In this document: piece after piece, positions 25,580 to 31,353 of the stretch
Position numbering within the stretch: the stretch's first letter is position 1
Layout of the letters: every line of letters begins with the position of its first letter
Source of the DNA: a virus
Reading direction: 5' to 3' (one strand)
IMG/VR virus record: IMGVR_UViG_3300031920_000321
Span: 1-31,353 of that record
DNA: 31,353 nt
Notes under the pieces: model-generated
Databases searched by the model: none
Told to the model about the DNA's origin: nothing
The model's input: only the letters and a program-made list of their open reading frames with translations
Translations under genes and position numbers: made by a program

Positions 25580-26281
25580 CTAGAATGAACCACCGTTTTT
25601 CATTAGAATAGCTTTTCTCTTGTTAAGAGGAAGTTTTCTAAAATCTTCGAGTGACATTCCTTTTGTCATATCTGACATTGCATTATCGCCTTTTTCAGGC
25701 TGCGACTTTTTATTAGCTTCTTTCTCCTTGGTCGACATATCCTCATCTAGGACATATGGTTTGAAATTTTCAATCCATAGTTCCTCATAAGTTTTATCAG
25801 GGAAAGCTCTTCCGAGTCGCTTCAAGGCTTCTTTATGGGCTACTGCATTTGGGTTTGACTTTGTATAGTCGTCCACAGCTCCCTTCTCTTCTTGTAGTAA
25901 CATCTTTTGTGTAAGTTCGCTTAACGACTTCTTTGTCGTTATGGCATCATACTTTTCCGGATCCTCGGATGCAAACTTTTTTTCCATTTCTGCCATTGCG
26001 GTTTCTAAGGTGGAGTAGCGTCCTTGAGCTTTTTCTGCTTCACCTACGAGAAGTTTATTTTCAGTTGCTAAACGTTGTGCCTCTGTTGTAGAAGCAGCAA
26101 ACTTTTGTTTATAGTCAACTTCTTCAGATGTCTTCTTGTCATCTGCCGTCTTATCTTCAGATTGCTTTTGAGTATCATCAATTGACTCGTCATCTTCATC
26201 ATCATCTGCTGTATAGATTGTGACGTTGTCAACCCCTTCTTCAAAAGTGTCTTCTTCTAAGGTTTGGTCTTTATTATCCAT
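25580..26281 (-). CDS. Scaffolding-like protein
   Basis: Very acidic N-terminus (DDDEDDESIDD), helical/coiled-coil Lys/Glu-rich body, and a position between the portal and capsid genes. Confidence 0.6.
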   Translation of the reverse strand: MDNKDQTLEEDTFEEGVDNVTIYTADDDEDDESIDDTQKQSEDKTADDKKTSEEVDYKQKFAASTTEAQRLATENKLLVGEAEKAQGRYSTLETAMAEMEKKFASEDPEKYDAITTKKSLSELTQKMLLQEEKGAVDDYTKSNPNAVAHKEALKRLGRAFPDKTYEELWIENFKPYVLDEDMSTKEKEANKKSQPEKGDNAMSDMTKGMSLEDFRKLPLNKRKAILMKNGGSF

Positions 26282-26337
26282 TTAGATATAGTTATGCCAG
26301 TCAAATTTAGTTAAATCTGGTTAGGCGTTAATTAGTG

Positions 26338-26625
26338 TTATTCTTCATAGTTTTCTAAAATATCAGCAGATGTAATTGCTTCTTCTACACATCCTTTCAA
26401 TTCATCTTCTATTTCTCCAATGATATTCATAGCACCTCTATTATATTCATGTATTTTTACAGACATTGAAGATTTAAACATTTTAGAAATCATTTCATTC
26501 TTTTTGTTTTCTTTAATTTCTAAAAAATACTTCCATCCTTTAGATTTAAGCATACTTTCGATATGCCTGGCTTTAGTAATGGTTTCTTTAGCATTTTTAA
26601 TTATTTCAATGTTATTTTCTTCCAT
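26338..26625 (-). CDS. Hypothetical protein, 95 aa
   Basis: ATG ORF between the portal and scaffold genes with helical composition. Confidence 0.5.
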   Translation of the reverse strand: MEENNIEIIKNAKETITKARHIESMLKSKGWKYFLEIKENKKNEMISKMFKSSMSVKIHEYNRGAMNIIGEIEDELKGCVEEAITSADILENYEE

Positions 26626-26773
26626 ACTCTTGTTTTAGTTCATCTTCTCTAATGTTCATCGCTTCCATTTGCGTAGTTGCTTTTTCTTTAGTATCATGTG
26701 CTGCAACTACTCTTCCTGTATTTTGATTTGATACTATAAATTTCTTTCCTTTATGTGTTATGTCATATGGCAT
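26612..26773 (-). CDS. Small hypothetical protein, 53 aa
   Basis: Codon-by-codon hand translation gives MPYDITHKGKKFIVSNQNTGRVVAAHDTKEKATTQMEAMNIREDELKQEYGRK. It fills the gap after the portal gene. Its stop overlaps the next ATG. Confidence 0.4.
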   Translation of the reverse strand: MPYDITHKGKKFIVSNQNTGRVVAAHDTKEKATTQMEAMNIREDELKQEYGRK

Positions 26774-26785
26774 ATATATAAATTA

Positions 26786-28498
26786 TTAAATTAGAGGAGG
26801 TTTATTAGCATCTGCTACCATACTGCCAGGTAATGCACCAATAGATTTGACAGACCCTGGAGTAATAGTAGGTGTTGATATGTTTTCAATCTCTTTTGCT
26901 TCTTCAGTTTCATCAACAGGTACATTTTCTTCAAGTTTCTCATCTTCATCAAAGAACCAATCAGCATCAGCAAATCCTGCTTCTTCCAACCATTTCTTAT
27001 ATATTTTTTGTGCTAAATGAGGATATTGTTGAATTGTATCAGCATCTGCTGCTACAATTGCTAAAAATTCTAATAATTGTTTTTGTCTAAGTGCTTGATT
27101 TTGATTTATCTTTCTATCTGCTATAATCTCTATATCATATTTTCCAGCTATAGTTTTCTTATCGATTTCTGCAAAAGCTATTTGCTCTTCATCATCTAAT
27201 ACTTGTAATGAAGATAATGTAGTTAGATGAGCAAGATTTAATTCAACTAACATTTGACCAAGTTCTGACATACCTTCTTGTATGTTTTGATTAACACTAT
27301 CAAATAAATTAAATACATTCTGTTGACCCATTACTGCTTCAGTTGCGGTTGATGCACCTGCTACGCCTTTCATTAAATTAACTACCATAGATGCTTGCTG
27401 GAATTCATTATCTAAAAAGTTAATCATTTCAAGTATGGAAGCCTTAACATCACTTACATCTTCAGATTTAAGATCGGTGTTTATATCATCTACAGTTATT
27501 ATGCCACCTGGTTTTCTAATTAAATCATTTGAATTGATTGAAGCACCTCTACGTTTAATCCATTGTTTATTATTGACAAGTGAAACATTATCGAAAAATT
27601 CATTCACTGCATCATTAAATGCTTTTTGTATTTTCAATGTTGGTTCAATCGCACCAGTATCGTATGCTCTATTAGATAGGACTGCATCTTTACATCTAAT
27701 CTTAACAAACGGTTTGTAATATTCACCATCAGTATCTTTATAAGAACTATCAACTCTTCGAAGTATTTGATAATTGTTTACAGTTCTACCAATGGTAATC
27801 AATTCGCCATCATTGGACCAATATTCAAATAATACACATCTAGGATTTGGATTATCAGGTTGTGCCTTGGACGTTGGTGATTTATCGTATGAACTTAATG
27901 TTGTATCAGTAGCATCATCATCTTCTTCACCTTCTATCAATTGGTTAGCAATTTCTGAATTATATTTATCATCTGCTATAATATCATCTTTGAATTTAAT
28001 AACTTGATGAATTATTGGTGAATCTTGAATATCTGCAATGTAGTAATCAAAGAAAATATCTGTAATGTTTATGATATTCATCCATGGACAATTCTTTTCA
28101 TCATCCCATCCTACTTTCATAATACCATTACCAAACAATAAGTTTTGTTTAATCCATCTAATTACCTTTCGTCTACCTTTCAATTTTTTACGCCATTGGA
28201 ATTCCAATAACTTGCCTACTATTTTAGCCTTCACTACACTTTTACCTTCTTCAGGTCCTGCTGTTATAGTTTGATTTGCACCAGCGAAAAATGCAGATAA
28301 ATATTCAACTGCTTCCTGAGTTTTAGGTATGAATAAATTTGCTAAATAAGGATTTGATGATTTATCTAAATAAGACTGATAATGTTTATAACATTCCAAC
28401 CACACTTCTCTTCGACGTGTAGAAGAAGTCTGGAAGAACTTCTTTTGTGTCATTATTTTAGATGGTAACTCGGAAGAGTTTATTTTGCGAGTGTTCAT
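26786..28498 (-). CDS. Portal protein
   Basis: A 570-aa ORF immediately downstream of terL with an acidic C-terminal tail. The call rests on position and size; family not verified. Confidence 0.7.
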   Translation of the reverse strand: MNTRKINSSELPSKIMTQKKFFQTSSTRRREVWLECYKHYQSYLDKSSNPYLANLFIPKTQEAVEYLSAFFAGANQTITAGPEEGKSVVKAKIVGKLLEFQWRKKLKGRRKVIRWIKQNLLFGNGIMKVGWDDEKNCPWMNIINITDIFFDYYIADIQDSPIIHQVIKFKDDIIADDKYNSEIANQLIEGEEDDDATDTTLSSYDKSPTSKAQPDNPNPRCVLFEYWSNDGELITIGRTVNNYQILRRVDSSYKDTDGEYYKPFVKIRCKDAVLSNRAYDTGAIEPTLKIQKAFNDAVNEFFDNVSLVNNKQWIKRRGASINSNDLIRKPGGIITVDDINTDLKSEDVSDVKASILEMINFLDNEFQQASMVVNLMKGVAGASTATEAVMGQQNVFNLFDSVNQNIQEGMSELGQMLVELNLAHLTTLSSLQVLDDEEQIAFAEIDKKTIAGKYDIEIIADRKINQNQALRQKQLLEFLAIVAADADTIQQYPHLAQKIYKKWLEEAGFADADWFFDEDEKLEENVPVDETEEAKEIENISTPTITPGSVKSIGALPGSMVADANKPPLI

Positions 28499-28522
28499 TG
28501 TAGTGTAATTAAAATTTTATCG

Positions 28523-29836
28523 TTAAAGGTCTAAAAATTCGGAGCTCTCTTCATCGTAATTAAATCGTACTGAATCCATTTTATCATCATCTTGGAATAA
28601 CTCACCAGCGAATTCAGAACTTTTCTTTTTAACAAATGGCACTTTACTTCCTAAATCCCAGACTGAAAGTGCTGCGGACATTATACAATCATCATGTATT
28701 CCTTCAGGTACCTGTATCTTTATTTTACCATTCTTACCTAATACATATTGCATACTTCTCATTTCATCTAATAGAATAGGATTATTCGGTAAAAGTATTT
28801 CTCTATTCTGTATTTTAATTGCAAGATTCTGTAGTAATGGTTCTCTGGAAGCAGAAGTAAATGTAAATGGTTGAACATTAATATGTTCTCTTTTCTTTAA
28901 ATCATCGTATATTGGTTCTCCTAATCCTGTATTATCTACTAATAGTAAATGCTGTTTATATAATTTAGTATAAGCTTCAATCTTTTGCTTTTGATATGAC
29001 CATTCTAATTGATTGAATCTTAATGGATGTCCTATTTTCCAATTATGTCTATCACAAGGTGTTAATACTGTCCAATCATTATGTTTACCAAGATCACATC
29101 CAATTTGATAAAACCTTTCATCATTAGGTGTTAAATTTCCATCCCATAAAACATTATCTATACCTGCAAAGAATTGACCAGCACCTTCAAGGAATTCACA
29201 GTAATATTCTTGCATGAAGAATGCTTGAGGAGTAGTTCTTCTAGCTTCTTCTAATTCTTCTGTGCTAATAATTCCAGTGTCTTCTACAGTCTTAATTGAT
29301 GTCCACCAATTAGGATTACCTTTTGCTTGTTGTAAGAGCTTCCATGAGTGATTTCTTCCCTTTGGTGTATATATAAATGTTGCGGACCCTTTATTAGCTC
29401 GGAGAACTGGTTGAATAACTGATGTCCAAATTTGTTCATTCATTTCAGAGTATTCATCAAACACTACATCTATTGGACCAGCTCCTCTATGACTATCAAT
29501 ATTTTCAGCACCTAAGAATCTTTGTATACTTCCATTTTTCCAATAAATAGCTAATTCACTATCATTTAATTTATGGACTAATTGCATTGGAACATGTTTC
29601 TTTACCAGAACATCCCACATAACTCTTTTTGCCTGAGTATAAGTCGGTAAAAAATAATAATAAACATTAGGTGTTGTCACTGCTTTCCTTATCTGTTCGT
29701 TCAGAGCTACTGTCGACTTCCCCGCCCTTCTGTGAAACACTGCTATCTTGTATCTTGCTTTGCTCTGTAGAAACTCCAGTTGGTGAGGTCTCGGTTGGAA
29801 CTTGTATGGTATCGTTATTTGCATATTGGATAACAT
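28523..29836 (-). CDS. terL: Terminase large subunit
   Basis: Walker A FHRRAGKST, Walker B-like IDVVFDEYSEM, and C-terminal nuclease-type acidic motifs (LLLVDNTGLGEP, GIHDDCIMSAA). Confidence 0.9.
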   Translation of the reverse strand: MLSNMQITIPYKFQPRPHQLEFLQSKARYKIAVFHRRAGKSTVALNEQIRKAVTTPNVYYYFLPTYTQAKRVMWDVLVKKHVPMQLVHKLNDSELAIYWKNGSIQRFLGAENIDSHRGAGPIDVVFDEYSEMNEQIWTSVIQPVLRANKGSATFIYTPKGRNHSWKLLQQAKGNPNWWTSIKTVEDTGIISTEELEEARRTTPQAFFMQEYYCEFLEGAGQFFAGIDNVLWDGNLTPNDERFYQIGCDLGKHNDWTVLTPCDRHNWKIGHPLRFNQLEWSYQKQKIEAYTKLYKQHLLLVDNTGLGEPIYDDLKKREHINVQPFTFTSASREPLLQNLAIKIQNREILLPNNPILLDEMRSMQYVLGKNGKIKIQVPEGIHDDCIMSAALSVWDLGSKVPFVKKKSSEFAGELFQDDDKMDSVRFNYDEESSEFLDL

Positions 29837-30239
29837 TAATTTTTAATGGATCTCCATTTGGATCAGCATGTCTTTCATCCTTAGCATCACGGTAATCGTG
29901 TTTTGTCAACATTAGCTTTGTAATAGCAGAATTGAAATCTCCTCTTAATCCGTTAGAAATAAGAACTTTTGCTTGCTTTACTTTAATTTTTTCAAAGATG
30001 TGTAAAAACTCAACATTTTTTTCATCATTAGCCCAATTATAAAGAGTCTTTCTGGATACATCTAAATAATATGCGAGTCCTTCAATGCTAGGAATTATAT
30101 CGTCCTTATCTAAGTTTTGCCAATTCTCTAAATAATACCTGGATGACAAAACTACCTCTGGAGTTAGTCCATAAGGTCTGCCTTCTGGATTTTTATCGGG
30201 AGTTTCTTTTGAATTTTTATCTGGTGTTTTTTTTTCCAT
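29667..30239 (-). CDS. terS: Terminase small subunit (HTH DNA-binding N-terminal domain)
   Basis: The GRPYGLTPE...IPSIEGLAYYLDVSRKTLYNWA...NGLRGDFNSAITKLMLTKHDYRD pattern is typical of gp3-like small terminases. It lies directly upstream of terL. Its low-complexity C-terminal 56 aa overlap terL out of frame. Confidence 0.7.
   Translation of the reverse strand: MEKKTPDKNSKETPDKNPEGRPYGLTPEVVLSSRYYLENWQNLDKDDIIPSIEGLAYYLDVSRKTLYNWANDEKNVEFLHIFEKIKVKQAKVLISNGLRGDFNSAITKLMLTKHDYRDAKDERHADPNGDPLKINVIQYANNDTIQVPTETSPTGVSTEQSKIQDSSVSQKGGEVDSSSERTDKESSDNT
30185..30232. repeat. 48-nt exact repeat shared with 8-55 and 31306-31353 (5' coding ends of the two terS paralogues)
   Basis: Base-by-base comparison: identical from CTGGATTTTTATC through CTGGTGTTTTTT. 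Confidence 0.9.
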
Positions 30240-30363
30240 TATAATTTCTTTTTGATTATACAGAACTTGATAGAATTATTTTTTTAATTCTTCTTCAATA
30301 CGTTTTTAAATGTTGAGGTATTTAACTGTCTTAAACAATCAATTTCTTTAATAGACATTTCCT

Positions 30364-30825
30364 CTAAAAAAAATTCTTATTTTTTTCATTCCACAATTCT
30401 CTTGCTTCTTCTTTATTTTTATATCTATCATTCACAAATGACATTATCTTTTCTGGAATTTTAATTCCAAGCAATGATAAATTTTCAATATGAGATGATA
30501 TTTCTCTAAAAATAAATACACTTAAAGTGTAATAAAATAAAAATGATGTTTCCGAAAGCATTCTAACGATAACAGTCAATAGAATTATAGTAACCATATA
30601 TCCAATCATTCTAGGTATGCAAGCACCCATTCTATGAGATGAAAAACGTTTAAATTTTATTGCAAGTGCAATTCCGAGAAAAATATCAACGAATAGAACA
30701 ATAAATAACATTTGGATTGTTTGATATTCTTGTAAGGTATATGTAAACAAACCAGCTGGAATTATTAAGACAAAAAATTTTGACATATTAGACTGCACAA
30801 AAGCAAATATATTTGATAAGATCAT
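30364..30825 (-). CDS. Holin (phage_holin_4-like, multi-pass membrane protein)
   Basis: Three to four hydrophobic helices. The pattern LFVDIFLGIALAIKFKRFSSHRMG...FREISSHIENLSLLGIKIPEKI resembles the conserved E-x-x-S-I-x-EN...G-x-x-P tail of that family. Confidence 0.65.
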   Translation of the reverse strand: MILSNIFAFVQSNMSKFFVLIIPAGLFTYTLQEYQTIQMLFIVLFVDIFLGIALAIKFKRFSSHRMGACIPRMIGYMVTIILLTVIVRMLSETSFLFYYTLSVFIFREISSHIENLSLLGIKIPEKIMSFVNDRYKNKEEARELWNEKNKNFF

Positions 30826-30851
30826 ACTGCTAAATTAATACTTATATTATA

Positions 30852-30880
30852 ATTATAAACTTTTTTTTTGACATTGTCTA
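30852..30880 (-). promoter_or_regulatory. Conserved 29-nt promoter-like motif, copy 3 (minus strand: TAGACA-N17-TATAAT), upstream of holin and the late operon
   Basis: Plus-strand ATTATA AACTTTTTTTTTGACAT TGTCTA. The -10 lies about 27 nt upstream of the holin ATG (30825). Confidence 0.45.
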
Positions 30881-31003
30881 TCTACTACGATACTTCTCCA
30901 ATTGTTATTTCTTTTAGTTCTATATTCATATTTTTTTATTTAATTATTATTTTTGTTAATCCGTCGTTTTATTTCTTGTTCAGACTTTTCTTGTAAATCA
31001 TCA

Positions 31004-31353
31004 TCAATTTGCATCTCTATAATCGTGTTTAGTCAACATCAATTTAGTAATAGTGCTATTATATTCTCCTTTTATTCCATTATTGATGAGTTCCCTTCCT
31101 TGCATAGACATTAATTTTTCATAGATGTCTATGTATTCTTGAGAACTTTTTTCCTTAGCCCATTTATGTAAAGTGCTTCTACCAACTTCTGCAAATACTG
31201 ATAGTCCTTCAATGGTTGGAAAAACATCTCCTAATTCTTTGTATTGCATCAAATAAGCCTTTGCTGTAGCTAAAAACTCTGGTGTTAGTCCACTTGGCCT
31301 ACCCACTGGATTTTTATCGGGAGTTTCTTTTGAATTTTTATCTGGTGTTTTTT
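31004..31353 (-). CDS. Truncated TerS-like HTH paralogue (3' part; the start codon lies across the junction at 65..63)
   Basis: GRPSGLTPEF...FPTIEGLSVFAEVGRSTLHKWA...NGIKGEYNSTITKLMLTKHDYRDAN then a stop. It is colinear with residues 1-120 of TerS but ends right after the shared KHDYRDA motif. Confidence 0.65.
   Translation of the reverse strand, partial: KTPDKNSKETPDKNPVGRPSGLTPEFLATAKAYLMQYKELGDVFPTIEGLSVFAEVGRSTLHKWAKEKSSQEYIDIYEKLMSMQGRELINNGIKGEYNSTITKLMLTKHDYRDAN
31299..31353. repeat. Terminal overlap identical to 1-55
   Basis: See 1-55. Confidence 0.9.

Noticed and set aside
30868-30896. Plus-strand reading of the conserved motif as TTGACA-N17-TACTTC (and TTGACC-N17-TAATAA at 1581-1609)
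   Set aside because: The plus-strand -10 hexamers are poor and lie outside the conserved 29-nt block. The minus-strand hexamers form the block edges and face real genes. Only the copy at 671-699 has a good plus-strand -10, and that is mentioned separately.

Overview
The window is an AT-rich genome of a tailed dsDNA phage and looks complete and circularly closed. The first 55 nt are identical to the last 55 nt, which leaves 31,298 unique bp. One long minus-strand operon runs from about 30850 down to 6386. It encodes holin, TerS, TerL, portal, scaffold-like protein and major capsid protein, then a seven-ORF sugar-modification cassette. After that come a head-tail gene, a tRNA-Trp-like gene, a GDTG/collagen-like fibre and a DUF2341-LamG lectin-like protein. 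The operon ends with a 1001-aa beta-helix-like fibre, an 855-aa CHAP-domain virion protein and a 586-aa protein. A short minus-strand unit crosses the window junction (131-aa ORF plus a truncated TerS paralogue). A plus-strand operon (1776-6414) carries an RHH-like regulator, a second sugar cassette (epimerase, methyltransferase, GT-B), an HNH endonuclease and small or membrane ORFs. Between the two lies a 1.3-kb ORF-poor region (488-1775) with a GC-enriched, hairpin-rich block, overlapping terminator-like hairpins and copies of a conserved 29-nt promoter-like motif. The most unusual points are these. About a quarter of the genome encodes glycan-building enzymes, partly embedded in the virion module next to repeat fibres rich in N-X-S/T and GDT motifs. 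There is a candidate large structured RNA. terS is duplicated around the holin gene. No replication, recombination or integration gene is recognisable. All family assignments come from reading motifs by eye; no searches were run. The host cannot be assigned.
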